64,000 bases of DNA from an uncultured Verrucomicrobiae bacterium (GTDB taxonomy: Bacteria; Verrucomicrobiota; Verrucomicrobiia; Chthoniobacterales; JAFAMB01), in the NCBI GenBank assembly GCA_963837955.1, contig CAWIPH010000002.1, positions 224,001-288,000 on the forward strand, read 5' to 3'. Below are positions 53,485 to 63,162 of this stretch, one piece after another (position 1 is the stretch's first letter; every line of letters starts with the position of its first letter). Made by a program: the position numbers and the translations under genes. The notes below the pieces were generated by a model. The model ran no database searches. It saw only the letters and a list, made by a program, of their open reading frames with translations, and was not told the origin of the DNA.

Positions 53485-54099
53485 ATGTCAGCCATTGGCA
53501 TTACCGGTGGAATAGCCACCGGAAAATCAACGGTCGCTTCCGCCCTTCACAAATCGCTCTCTCCGCGTCTGCCAGTGGAGTGGTTCAGCGCCGATTTTGA
53601 AGCGAGAAGATTGACGGACTGCGATTTGCATGTACAAGAGGAGATTGAGTCGGTCTTCGGGGCGCAGCTGTTCGACAGCGAGCGGCGCTTACAACGGGAG
53701 CGGTTACGGGAGCTAATCTTCCGGGACCCGTCAGCGCGCAAGAAACTTGAGAGCATTCTGCACCCGCGTATCCGATCGGCATGGCTGGCGCGAGCAAATA
53801 CCGGCACCCTGCTTCTTGCCGAAATTCCACTGTTGTTTGAGACAAAAGCAGAAGAACACCTTGATTTAGTCGTTGTTACCGCATGCAGCCGATCGGCCCA
53901 GATATACAGGTTAATTAAGGTACGTGGATTGCGGCCAGATTTGGTGGAACACATGATCGCGGCGCAAATGCCGCTCGAGGAGAAAATCGAGCGGGCGGAC
54001 CGTTTGGTCTGGACCGATTGCCCGCCCAAAATCACTGCTGCCCAAATCGATCACCTAGCTACGGAACTAACGGAACGTTATGGAGAGTCAACCAACTGA
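53485..54099 (+). CDS. coaE: Dephospho-CoA kinase
   Basis: GITGGIATGKST, LESILHP, EIPLLFE, AQMPLEEK. Confidence 0.93.
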   Translation: MSAIGITGGIATGKSTVASALHKSLSPRLPVEWFSADFEARRLTDCDLHVQEEIESVFGAQLFDSERRLQRERLRELIFRDPSARKKLESILHPRIRSAWLARANTGTLLLAEIPLLFETKAEEHLDLVVVTACSRSAQIYRLIKVRGLRPDLVEHMIAAQMPLEEKIERADRLVWTDCPPKITAAQIDHLATELTERYGESTN

Positions 54100-55399
54100 G
54101 AGCGCCCAGATTCCGGGAGAGCTTTATCTTTCTCCCGATCGCTCGTTGTTAGAACTGGATCGACTCCATTCCCTGAGCCATCCGGTTCTCCTTGATTTGG
54201 CGCGAGAATTCGGGTTGCGCGTTTCTCACGAGCGCACTCGCCACCAACTCGTTTTCGACATCCTGAAGGCATTTGGCACACGGGGGACGAAGATCCTAGC
54301 CGAAGGCATGGTCGAACTTTCCGGGGAAGCATATGGGTTCTTGAGGTGGGAACGATTTAACTTCAATCCATGCCCGGAAGACGTCTACGTGCCGGCCTCG
54401 GTGCTGAAGCGATTTGGCTTACGTGCTGGCCACAAGGTAAAAGGTTTCATCCGGCCTCCGCGTGACAAAGAAAAATTCATGGCGCTGGAAGAGGTTGTTA
54501 CGATCGAAGGAATCCCAGTCGATCAGTGGACTGAGCCGAAGCAGTTCGATCAGCTCACTGCGCTTTTCCCGGACAAACGCATCCTGCTGGAGAACGAGAA
54601 GACGAGAAGCGCCAGTGCCAGGGCCGTCGATTTGGTCGCACCACTAGGCAGAGGTCAGCGTGGGCTGATTGTCGCACCTCCGCGAGCCGGCAAGACTATC
54701 CTTCTGAAAGAAATCGCGCTCGCGATTCGCGCGAATTCACCGGAAATTCATTTAATTTTGTTGCTGGTAGATGAGCGACCGGAAGAAGTCACCGACCTCA
54801 GACGGTGTCTCGATTGTGAGATTTTCAGCTCAACCTTTGATGAACCACCGACCCGGCATGTCCAAGTTGCAGAGTTGGTAAGCGAACGGGCCAGGCGTCT
54901 CGTTGAAATTAAAAAGGACGTGGTGATTCTTCTCGATAGCATCACTCGTCTGGCTCGCGGTTATAACGCGCTGCAGCCAGGGAAGGGCCGGATCATGTCC
55001 GGCGGGGTAGAGGCCAAGGCGTTGCTAAAGCCGAAGAAGTTTTTTGGCGCCGCTAGAAATGTTGAAGAGGGCGGAAGCCTGACGATCTTGGCCACAGCGT
55101 TGATCGAAACCGAAAGCAGGATGGATGAAGTGATTTTCGAGGAGTTCAAGGGGACGGGGAACATGGAGCTCCACTTAGACCGGACGCTACTCGAAAAGCG
55201 CATTTTTCCAGGGATTCACATCTTGAATTCGGGTACTCGACGCGATGACTTGCTCTATCATCCGGCCGAGTTTGAGAAGATTACAACGTTAAGGAAATAT
55301 TTAGCGCAACTTCCGGCGATCGAGGCCATGGAAGTGCTCCTGCAGCGCATTCGGGCGACCAAGACAAACGCGGAGCTTCTGCTCTCGACCCTCCGGTAG
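54080..55399 (+). CDS. rho: Transcription termination factor Rho
   Basis: GYGFLR-like RNP motif, [43 protein letters not shown]. Confidence 0.97.
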   Translation: MESQPTESAQIPGELYLSPDRSLLELDRLHSLSHPVLLDLAREFGLRVSHERTRHQLVFDILKAFGTRGTKILAEGMVELSGEAYGFLRWERFNFNPCPEDVYVPASVLKRFGLRAGHKVKGFIRPPRDKEKFMALEEVVTIEGIPVDQWTEPKQFDQLTALFPDKRILLENEKTRSASARAVDLVAPLGRGQRGLIVAPPRAGKTILLKEIALAIRANSPEIHLILLLVDERPEEVTDLRRCLDCEIFSSTFDEPPTRHVQVAELVSERARRLVEIKKDVVILLDSITRLARGYNALQPGKGRIMSGGVEAKALLKPKKFFGAARNVEEGGSLTILATALIETESRMDEVIFEEFKGTGNMELHLDRTLLEKRIFPGIHILNSGTRRDDLLYHPAEFEKITTLRKYLAQLPAIEAMEVLLQRIRATKTNAELLLSTLR

Positions 55400-55513
55400 T
55401 AGTCTGTCCGTGAATAGCACATCTGAATCGATACGTGACCGACGAGCGACGCCGAAAAACAGCCAACCGATCTGTGGCGAAAGCCATTTTATTTCGTAGA
55501 CAGACCACTAACC

Positions 55514-56587
55514 ATGGCTTCTGACGAGGTTTTGACTTTCAACAACACTGACCAATTGCTGCGTTGGTGCAATGCGATGGCCGGGGAGCCAAGAATCGCT
55601 GTAGACACCGAAGGTGACAGCCTGCACTGCTACTTTGAAAAGCTGTGCCTGATCCAGCTTTCTGCGCCCGGTCAGAATGTTTTAGTGGATCCTTTTCAGC
55701 CGCTCGACTTCGGGGTTTTGACTCGTTTCCTCGAAAGTCGGACGATTATTCTTCATGGTTGCGATTACGATTTGCGCATGTTGCGCCGAGGCATCCGATT
55801 TATCCCAGGTTCGGTCTTCGATAGTTACCTGGCGGCTCGACTGGTGGGTATGAAGGAGGTCGGCCTTGCCTCATTGGTCAAACACTTCTTCGCCATTGAA
55901 CTGCCCAAGTCCTCCCAAAAGGCAAATTGGGCACGGCGCCCCCTTACGGAAGTGATGATCGCTTATGCGGTAAACGATACCAAATACCTGCTGCCTCTGG
56001 CTGAAAAGCTAGAACAAGAGTTACGCCATCTATCTCGTTGGGATTGGTACGAAGAATCCACTGCTCGAGCGGTATTGGCTGCCGCTGAGGATCGCGAGAG
56101 GGACCCGGAAAAGGTCTGGAAGATCACTGGTAGTGCGGGGCTACCGCCACGCGGTTTGGCGGTTCTTCGCTCGCTTTGGCATTGGCGAGAGTCAGAAGCT
56201 CAACAAGCAGATCGGCCGGCCTTTCAGATTATGCGCAACGAGGACTTAGTTGGGTTGGTGCAAACCACTTTGAACGGCTCGCACCTCGATCTGCCCAGCT
56301 GGCTTCCCAGCACGCGACGGCGACGATTGTTATCGGCGATTGAAGAATCGCTGCAAATTCCGGAAGCCGAATGGCCCCAGCGAAACCGCTATGCTCGGAC
56401 GCGCTCCACCAGCGAGCAGGAAAGACGGTTTGAACAGCTTCGGGCCAAACGCGATCAACTCGCGACCGCTCTCGCTCTTGACTCGAGCGTGGTCGCTTCC
56501 AGAAGCGCTCTGGAAAGAGTGATAAGGGAACCAGAGTCGGCCGAGACCGTCCTGATGCGCTGGCAGCGAGAACTGTTGGGGATATAA
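55514..56587 (+). CDS. rnd: Ribonuclease D (DEDD exonuclease + HRDC)
   Basis: AVDTE, LCLIQ, HGCDYD, NWARRPL, YAVND, WRE..A..ADRP HRDC motif. Confidence 0.92.
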   Translation: MASDEVLTFNNTDQLLRWCNAMAGEPRIAVDTEGDSLHCYFEKLCLIQLSAPGQNVLVDPFQPLDFGVLTRFLESRTIILHGCDYDLRMLRRGIRFIPGSVFDSYLAARLVGMKEVGLASLVKHFFAIELPKSSQKANWARRPLTEVMIAYAVNDTKYLLPLAEKLEQELRHLSRWDWYEESTARAVLAAAEDRERDPEKVWKITGSAGLPPRGLAVLRSLWHWRESEAQQADRPAFQIMRNEDLVGLVQTTLNGSHLDLPSWLPSTRRRRLLSAIEESLQIPEAEWPQRNRYARTRSTSEQERRFEQLRAKRDQLATALALDSSVVASRSALERVIREPESAETVLMRWQRELLGI

Positions 56588-56732
56588 AGGTTTTCGGTTT
56601 TACGGTTCACGTTGCGTTGGGGCGCAATCGCAATCATCCTCGCGCTGAGGCGCCCAGGTAGGGCGTGGCCGGCGGCCGTCTGCGGCAACCTAAGAGGTCG
56701 CGATCTGGAATCGGATAGCTGCGTCGCGTGGA

Positions 56733-56970
56733 GAAATCAGTCCCGGAGGGACCCGACGAAAGTAGCCCAGCACCTCAGTGCTGGGTTGCGTTTTTTAAAA
56801 GCGATGCGTCCCGGATGGGACGATCGATGGCTGCTTGCTCTCCCGAAGCCGCGTGCGAGCTCAAGAGCCGAGCGTTCGATCGTCCCTCACGGGACGGACG
56901 TGTCTTTTGCATCATTTCCCAGCAATAAATTGCTGGGCTACTTTCGTTGGGTCCCTCCGGGACGAGTTTC
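56733..56970. repeat. Second copy of the nested palindromic element seen at 7680-7910
   Basis: GTCCCGGAGGGAC..GAAAGTAGCCCAGCA / TGCTGGGCTACTTTC..GTCCCTCCGGGAC with inner CGTCCCGGATGGGACGATCG. Confidence 0.85.
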
Positions 56971-57118
56971 GTGGCATACTTGTAAGCCTCATATTCACGC
57001 GCTTGGGCGTCCTCCGGGCGACGCCTGGCTGCCAATGACTTGGACGAGCGCGAAGACCTCTGAACGCGATTTTTGTTGGCAAATCGGTGAGCGTAAGTTA
57101 TCGAATTAGGCGCGAACC

Positions 57119-57214
57119 ATGAAATCAAACGCCTACGCTGCCTGCTCGACCGAGCCTCGCTTTGAGTTCGCGGGCAGCTTTTTTTATTACTGGCGTTTCT
57201 TTTTCGGCTTCTGA
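57119..57214 (+). CDS. Aromatic-rich leader peptide (31 aa) of DAHP synthase
   Basis: ATG 57119 to TGA 57214 gives MKSNAYAACSTEPRFEFAGSFFYYWRFFFGF (8 Phe, 3 Tyr, 1 Trp), ending 173 nt upstream of aroF. Confidence 0.85.
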   Translation: MKSNAYAACSTEPRFEFAGSFFYYWRFFFGF

Positions 57215-57361
57215 CCAGCGCTGACTTTCTCGCGCTTTTCTCCGGTCAGAGCTGATCCTTCCCTCAATCTATGCCTACGATTTTGCCATCTCCTGAAGCC
57301 ACTCGCATCGACAAGCCGCCCTTGCCGGCCAATCGCAAAACCAGTTGCGAACCGGTCTTTT
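57206..57361 (+). promoter_or_regulatory. Putative attenuator region: alternative hairpins plus pyrimidine-rich tract
   Basis: 57244-57254 can pair with either 57206-57216 or 57216-57225; C/T-rich loop and downstream tract. Confidence 0.55.
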
Positions 57362-57387
57362 CGGCCCAAACTGCCAATGCTCTAGTC

Positions 57388-58401
57388 ATGATCATTATCA
57401 CCCGCCCGGACGCAACCGAGGAGCAGATCCAACATATTGTTTCTCGGATCGGCGATTGGGGTTTGCGCGCCGAGGTGAGTCGGGGCGAGATGCGGGTTGT
57501 CATCGGGGTAATCGGACCGGAAGACAAGATTCGGCAGAAACCTCTGGGCGCTTTTCCCGGAGTGGAATCGGTTACGCCGGTCCTGAAGCCTTATAAACTG
57601 GTCTCCTACGAGTTTCGTGGTACGGCCTCGCGGGTCAAAGTCGGCGATGTCGTGATCGGGTCCAAAGAAGTCGTGTTGATGGCTGGGCCATGTTCGGTGG
57701 AAAGCGAAGATCAAATCCTATCGATCGCTCGCTCGATCCGAGATTCTGGCGCAAAAATTTTGCGGGGAGGCGCCTTTAAACCTCGTACTTCTCCTTACAG
57801 TTTTCAGGGACTGGGAAAAGTCGGACTGCAACTCTTGGCCGAGGCGCGACGGGAGTCAGGTTTGCCCATTATTACCGAAGTAATGGACACCAAAGATCTG
57901 GAATTGGTCGCGGAATACGCTGATTGCCTGCAGATCGGTGCTCGAAACATGCAGAATTTCTCACTTCTGCGCGAGGTCGGTCGAACCCAATTACCGGTGA
58001 TGTTAAAACGGGGAATGGCGGCTTCGATTAAAGACCTTCTGATGAGCGCGGAGTACATCCTTAGCGAAGGAAACTTCAATGTCCTCCTTTGTGAGCGAGG
58101 GATTCGGACGTTCGAAACGATGACGCGAAACACGTTGGATTTGAACGCCGTCCCCGTGCTGAAAGCAGAGACTCATTTGCCGGTGGTGGTAGATCCGACC
58201 CATGGAATCGGTATCCGCGATTTTGTCCCCGCTATGGCGCTGGCTGCCGTTGCAGCGGGCGCTGACTCGATCATGGTCGAAGTACATAACGCCCCTGAAC
58301 TTGCGAAAAGTGACGGCGAACAATGTCTGTTGCCAAAGGAGTTTGACGATCTGGTAAAACGCATCCGAGGCGTAGCGGAAGCGGTCGGACGTGCATTGTG
58401 A
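57388..58401 (+). CDS. aroF: 3-deoxy-7-phosphoheptulonate (DAHP) synthase, type I-beta with N-terminal ACT-like domain
   Basis: [52 protein letters not shown]; start MIIITRP (57388). Confidence 0.96.
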   Translation: MIIITRPDATEEQIQHIVSRIGDWGLRAEVSRGEMRVVIGVIGPEDKIRQKPLGAFPGVESVTPVLKPYKLVSYEFRGTASRVKVGDVVIGSKEVVLMAGPCSVESEDQILSIARSIRDSGAKILRGGAFKPRTSPYSFQGLGKVGLQLLAEARRESGLPIITEVMDTKDLELVAEYADCLQIGARNMQNFSLLREVGRTQLPVMLKRGMAASIKDLLMSAEYILSEGNFNVLLCERGIRTFETMTRNTLDLNAVPVLKAETHLPVVVDPTHGIGIRDFVPAMALAAVAAGADSIMVEVHNAPELAKSDGEQCLLPKEFDDLVKRIRGVAEAVGRAL

Positions 58402-58569
58402 CGCTCGAAACGGAGACGATCCCACCCGTGCCTGTCGCTCGGGCGACGTCGAGTCGAGAGCCCGATGATGCCCGGCGAGGCGGAAACGCAGAGCTAACCG
58501 AATGGTGCCGCGCCGAGCAGCAAAGAGCGAACTAAGCTCAACCCTGCGGCGACACGGTCAAACGTCATC

Positions 58570-59211
58570 ATGCGCATGAAAATGCTTTTGGTAATAGTCG
58601 GCTCCTTTACGGTCTTTTCTTCGGTCTTCGCAGAAAACAAAGCGTATGAAACGGCGATTAACAAAGCTACCCAGGCTCTGGCCGCCGGAAATATAGTTGA
58701 GGCGGACAAACAAGCTGACATCGCAGCGAAACTCGAACCGGCGGGTGCTCAAACGGCAAACCTGCGTGGTGTCATCGCAGTTCAGAAGCGGGATTATGAA
58801 GAGGGTGCGAGCCGGTTCAACCAAGCGATCGCCGCTGACGAGAAATTTTACCCGGCTAAGCTGAACTTGGCAGATCTGCTGCTGCTCCAGGGCAAATATT
58901 CCGATGCCCGCACGCGCTACCAGGAGCTGCAACAGCTCGATCCGAAATCAGAGGTTTTACAGTTCAAAATTGTTGTGGCCGATGTGCTTGATGGCCAAGA
59001 ATCCCAAGCTGTGCAGCTCATCAATCAGATGACCTTCCCGGGAAATACGCCGGCCTATTATTTTGCTCGCGCTGCAGTCCTACTGAAAAACTCGCAGGAA
59101 AAAGGGGCGCAACAGTATTTTGGGAACGCGCGCAAATATTACGACGAACAACAATGCGCTTACTTTATCCACTTCCTCCGCCAGAACGGGTTGGAAAAAT
59201 CAGCAAAATAA
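58570..59211 (+). CDS. Exported TPR-repeat protein
   Basis: Signal peptide ending VFA; TPR helices (ANLRGVIA...AKLNLADLLLLQGKYSDAR). Confidence 0.8.
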   Translation: MRMKMLLVIVGSFTVFSSVFAENKAYETAINKATQALAAGNIVEADKQADIAAKLEPAGAQTANLRGVIAVQKRDYEEGASRFNQAIAADEKFYPAKLNLADLLLLQGKYSDARTRYQELQQLDPKSEVLQFKIVVADVLDGQESQAVQLINQMTFPGNTPAYYFARAAVLLKNSQEKGAQQYFGNARKYYDEQQCAYFIHFLRQNGLEKSAK

Positions 59212-59326
59212 CGGTCGAAATGCGATGTCCTGTGAAAGACTGTGAACCGGGAACAAACGCGGACTGAAGGGAGTTCATGGTGTTCATTCGTGCCTATTCG
59301 TGGCTAATAATTTTCGTCAATTTTGA

Positions 59327-60037
59327 ATGAAATCTCCCAGTAACAAGACTACGGCCACGGCGATCCCTCGCCCAGTTCGGGCTGCCCGACTAATCGAGCG
59401 ATTTCGAGAGGTGTACCCGTCCGCGCATTGCGAACTCGATTTTTCGAACGCGTTGGAACTCTTGGTTGCCACCATTCTTTCGGCTCAATGCACCGATAAA
59501 CGAGTGAATCTAGTGACCAAAGAGCTGTTTACGCGTTTTCGAACCGCTGAAGACTATGCCCATGTTACCCAGGAAGAACTGGAAAGCGCCATTCGGTCGA
59601 CCGGGTTCTATCGTAACAAAGCTAAGAGCATCCGCTCAATGGCGAAGGATCTCATCGAACGGCACGAGGGTCGCGTTCCGTCCACCATGGCGGCATTAGT
59701 GGCTCTTGCTGGAGTTGGTCGTAAGACGGCAAACGTGGTGTTAGGGAATGCTTTCCAGATCAATGAAGGAATAGTTGTTGATACGCACGTCTCTCGGTTA
59801 GCCCAACGTCTCGGTCTTTCGAAGCGAACTGAACCGGAAAAGATCGAGCTCGAATTGATGCGACTCGTGCCGCGGGCTGATTGGACGAATTTTAGTCATT
59901 GGCTGATTTGGCACGGCCGCCGGCGGTGCACCGCTCTGAGACCAGATTGCGAAAACTGCGAGGTTGCGAACCTTTGTCCGAGCTGTGGCCGCATAAATCG
60001 CAAGCAGGCCAAAAAGAAAGCGAAAGTCCAGCGATAG
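59327..60037 (+). CDS. nth: Endonuclease III
   Basis: LVATILSAQCTD, GVGRKTANVV HhH, VDTHV, C-x6-C-x2-C-x5-C [4Fe-4S] cluster. Confidence 0.96.
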   Translation: MKSPSNKTTATAIPRPVRAARLIERFREVYPSAHCELDFSNALELLVATILSAQCTDKRVNLVTKELFTRFRTAEDYAHVTQEELESAIRSTGFYRNKAKSIRSMAKDLIERHEGRVPSTMAALVALAGVGRKTANVVLGNAFQINEGIVVDTHVSRLAQRLGLSKRTEPEKIELELMRLVPRADWTNFSHWLIWHGRRRCTALRPDCENCEVANLCPSCGRINRKQAKKKAKVQR

Positions 60038-60182
60038 GACTCGATGAGGACGGGATACCGCAGCGGCGAATCGCCCTGTTCGATGGCCGCACTGCCAAGT
60101 GGCGCGCGAGATTTTGTCGGACAGGCAAATAGCCGGTGTGCCGGCTTTTCACACGTGCCGCTGTTTTCGATTAATCTTTGGA

Positions 60183-60932
60183 TTATTGCGGTTTCTCGGG
60201 TTTCTTCTCTGTAGTTTGGCTTTTCTTCGGCACCAAAATAACAATCGAAGAGACGAGATCCTGAATTTCGTTGAGGCTTGGAGCGAAGCTGTCTGCTGAC
60301 GATTTCACCAGGAGTTTATAGGTTGGAAACGACGTTAGCGCGCGTATGTCTCCGTGAGCGTCCTGTAAACTGGATCCATCTGGAAGCTGCGGGTTTCTAA
60401 CCACGAACCTGCCAACAATGGTGTCCTGGCGATCACTGGTAACGCCTCGAATCTCATAGACGAGTTGCGCATTGTTCGGCTCCGGCCAGGTAGTGTCCTT
60501 CGTTGTTTGCACGAAATATCCGACAGCATTTCCCCAGGGAAAAGAGAACTTCTGGAAACGAGCGTAAAGGTACGGCGTCGCACTCCCAGAGTCCGCTCGA
60601 GCGAGATCGACGGCGAAGGCGTCCTTAGCATTGTAAGCATCCGCTATCTTCGGATCATCTCTCTTGCTTACGGTGATACTCCAGGTCTGTTTGGCCTTAG
60701 AGGATGACTGCTGCGCATTCGGTGATTGCCAAAACCCGGAGCAGATCGACGCGTAAGCGCCGCTTTTCAGAGTGGAGAAGCTGTATTTCATATTGCCCTT
60801 GAAGGCATCGAGCGGATTGAACTGAAACCGCGGGAATTGATCAGTCGAATCGGCCGCTTCCACCCGCAGAGCAGCTGCGGGAAGCATCGCGATCAAGATC
60901 GCGAAAAGCAAAGGAGGGTGTTGAATCTTCAT
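60183..60932 (-). CDS. Exported hypothetical protein
   Basis: 249-aa ORF with signal-peptide-like N-terminus; no family recognised. Confidence 0.65.
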   Translation of the reverse strand: MKIQHPPLLFAILIAMLPAAALRVEAADSTDQFPRFQFNPLDAFKGNMKYSFSTLKSGAYASICSGFWQSPNAQQSSSKAKQTWSITVSKRDDPKIADAYNAKDAFAVDLARADSGSATPYLYARFQKFSFPWGNAVGYFVQTTKDTTWPEPNNAQLVYEIRGVTSDRQDTIVGRFVVRNPQLPDGSSLQDAHGDIRALTSFPTYKLLVKSSADSFAPSLNEIQDLVSSIVILVPKKSQTTEKKPEKPQ

Positions 60933-61112
60933 GATTGCAATAAACCTTCATGGTTAAGTCAGTCCGATTATTTACGGTTGCGGGTCGCTTGCCAAGACAG
61001 GAGTCTGGAAGCGACTCCATCGAATGATCAAAACCTTACTTCTTGATTTCGAGCTAGATTCTGGCTTCTAGACTTTAAATGTATGGCGGCTGAGGAGAGC
61101 CGCGCCTGCCGC

Positions 61113-62270
61113 ATGTTGCCTACTGCCAATAGACTTCAGGGATTCACGGAATCGGTCATCCGAGAGATGACGCGCGTCGCCCACCAACATGGAGCCATCA
61201 ACTTGTCCCAGGGCTTCCCCGATTTTGATCCTCCTCCGGAACTGCTCGCAGCCGCCGCGGAAGCGCTCCGCGGAAACTTTCACCAATACGCCATCACCTG
61301 GGGCGCACCTGAATTCCGGCGAGCTCTGGCTGAAAAACAATCGCGATTGATGCGGCTCGATATTGATCCGGATGCCCATCTTGTTGTGACTTGTGGCGGC
61401 ACCGAAGCAATGCTTGTGGCGCTGACCACGGTATGCAATCCCGGCGATTCGGTCATCATCTTCTCGCCTTTTTATGAAAACTACGGGGCCGACACAATTC
61501 TGGTGGGGGCACACCCGATTTACCTGCCACTGCGGCCGCCCCGTTTCGAATTTGACCGGGACGAGCTGCGTCGGGCATTTGCCAAGAGACCCAAGGCGAT
61601 CGTGTTGTGCAATCCATCGAATCCGACGGGCAAAGTTTTCACTCATGAGGAACTAACCTTCATCGGGGAATTAGCTTCGGAGGCAGGCGCCTTTATCATC
61701 ACGGACGAAGTCTACGAACACATCGTGTACGCTCCTCACCGGCACACTTATGCAGCCGCGCTTCCGGGCCTGTTCGAGCGTACGTTGACCGTTGGCTCGC
61801 TCTCGAAGACCTACGCAATTACCGGTTGGCGTCTCGGATTCGTCTTGGCCGCTCCCGAGGTAATTGCCCAGGCTCGCAAAGTTCACGACTTTTTGACCGT
61901 GGGAGCGCCCCATCCGTTACAGCAGGCAGCTGTGACTGCATTGCGTTTGCCACCGGAGTATTACCAGCAACTAACCCGCGACTACACTCGGCGCCGGGAA
62001 TTGTTCACTGGCTATCTACACAAAGCTGGTCTCCGTTTCGTCGAGCCTCAGGGAGCCTACTATGTACTCGTCAACATCGATGATTTTGATCAAACCGATG
62101 ACGTAGCTTTTTGCCATTGGTTGGCGCGCGAAATTGGGGTTGCCGCTGTACCGGGTTCCAGTTTCTTTGCCGAGCCGGTAAGAAACCTCATTCGGTTTCA
62201 CTTTGCCAAACGCGATGAAACTTTAGCGGTGGCCGGGGACCGTTTGCTCCAGCTTCGGCAGCGCGGTTGA
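61113..62270 (+). CDS. Class I/II PLP aminotransferase (YbdL/methionine aminotransferase-like)
   Basis: AINLSQGFPDF, NPSNPTG, DEVYEH, SLSKTYAITGWRLG, IRFHFAK. Confidence 0.9.
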   Translation: MLPTANRLQGFTESVIREMTRVAHQHGAINLSQGFPDFDPPPELLAAAAEALRGNFHQYAITWGAPEFRRALAEKQSRLMRLDIDPDAHLVVTCGGTEAMLVALTTVCNPGDSVIIFSPFYENYGADTILVGAHPIYLPLRPPRFEFDRDELRRAFAKRPKAIVLCNPSNPTGKVFTHEELTFIGELASEAGAFIITDEVYEHIVYAPHRHTYAAALPGLFERTLTVGSLSKTYAITGWRLGFVLAAPEVIAQARKVHDFLTVGAPHPLQQAAVTALRLPPEYYQQLTRDYTRRRELFTGYLHKAGLRFVEPQGAYYVLVNIDDFDQTDDVAFCHWLAREIGVAAVPGSSFFAEPVRNLIRFHFAKRDETLAVAGDRLLQLRQRG

Positions 62271-62415
62271 AATGCAGTCCCCAACGAGAAGAGACGGGAC
62301 GCCTTCGCTGCGCAAGCTATTGATCGAACTTAGCTCGGATTTTAGAGCGAACGCAAAACAAACAGCCATCGGACGCCAACCGAAACGTTTCGATGGGTCG
62401 CCTGAAAAGCCGAGA

Positions 62416-62904
62416 TCATTGCGCTTTCACGCTGGCTAAGACTGCGCTCAGATCCTGGAGATGAGCTTTACTGCCTTCCGGGGTCGCATAATAGATAAAC
62501 AGCAGCCCTTTATCCTCTTTGACTCGCATCAGGGCTAATCCCACTTTGCAGGCTCCGTGTTTGTCTTTGCCGTCCCAGTCAAACGTGGCTGTCTGCTTTC
62601 CACCAATATCCGTGGAGTCTTTTTGAAGTGTAGACTGATCGACCGTAACCCCTTTGGTCTCGAGGTAGCTCAACGCTTGGGTGATCGATTGCTCAACCTT
62701 AGAAGAGTCCGTAGCTTCTACGGCAAAATAGACTTGGTTATCATCGGAGATCGCCTCGACACCTTTGTCGTAAATGCTCGATTTCCAAGCATCAGGAAAG
62801 GTCACCGACGCAATTGGATTGGTCGCGGGGAGAACATATTCATCTGCTAACGCAGAAAAACTCAAAGCAAGACCGAAAAAAATCGGAGCGAGAATTTTCA
62901 GCAT
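62416..62904 (-). CDS. Exported hypothetical protein
   Basis: Signal peptide MLKILAPIFFGLALSFSALA; no family recognised. Confidence 0.7.
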   Translation of the reverse strand: MLKILAPIFFGLALSFSALADEYVLPATNPIASVTFPDAWKSSIYDKGVEAISDDNQVYFAVEATDSSKVEQSITQALSYLETKGVTVDQSTLQKDSTDIGGKQTATFDWDGKDKHGACKVGLALMRVKEDKGLLFIYYATPEGSKAHLQDLSAVLASVKAQ

Positions 62905-63162
62905 AAAGTTAGGGTTAGTTAGCTCATATTGAATGAGAAAGAGCAAGCCAAATAGGATCGCTGGTTCTGCTCGAAGACTCAGCAGCGGCGACTATGGTAG
63001 GCTTAAATGTCAGCTAATTGCTAAGTCTGTGGAATTGTTAGTAGCTATCAATTCCACTGACCGTGGGCCAGAGGGGTCAACCGTTGAATTTAGAGAATGG
63101 AGAGAGCCAAGTTGGAAAATGATGATACGATTTGTCTCATGCGCGAGACTATCTCTCCTGAG

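Noticed and set aside
57271..57387. 39-aa N-terminal extension of aroF in the ORF track
   Set aside because: The family N-terminus begins at MIII (57388); the upstream part is better read as leader RNA
59240..59305. Possible LexA box or ATTCGTG repeat upstream of nth
   Set aside because: No clean TGTTC-N4-GAACA palindrome; only two short degenerate repeats
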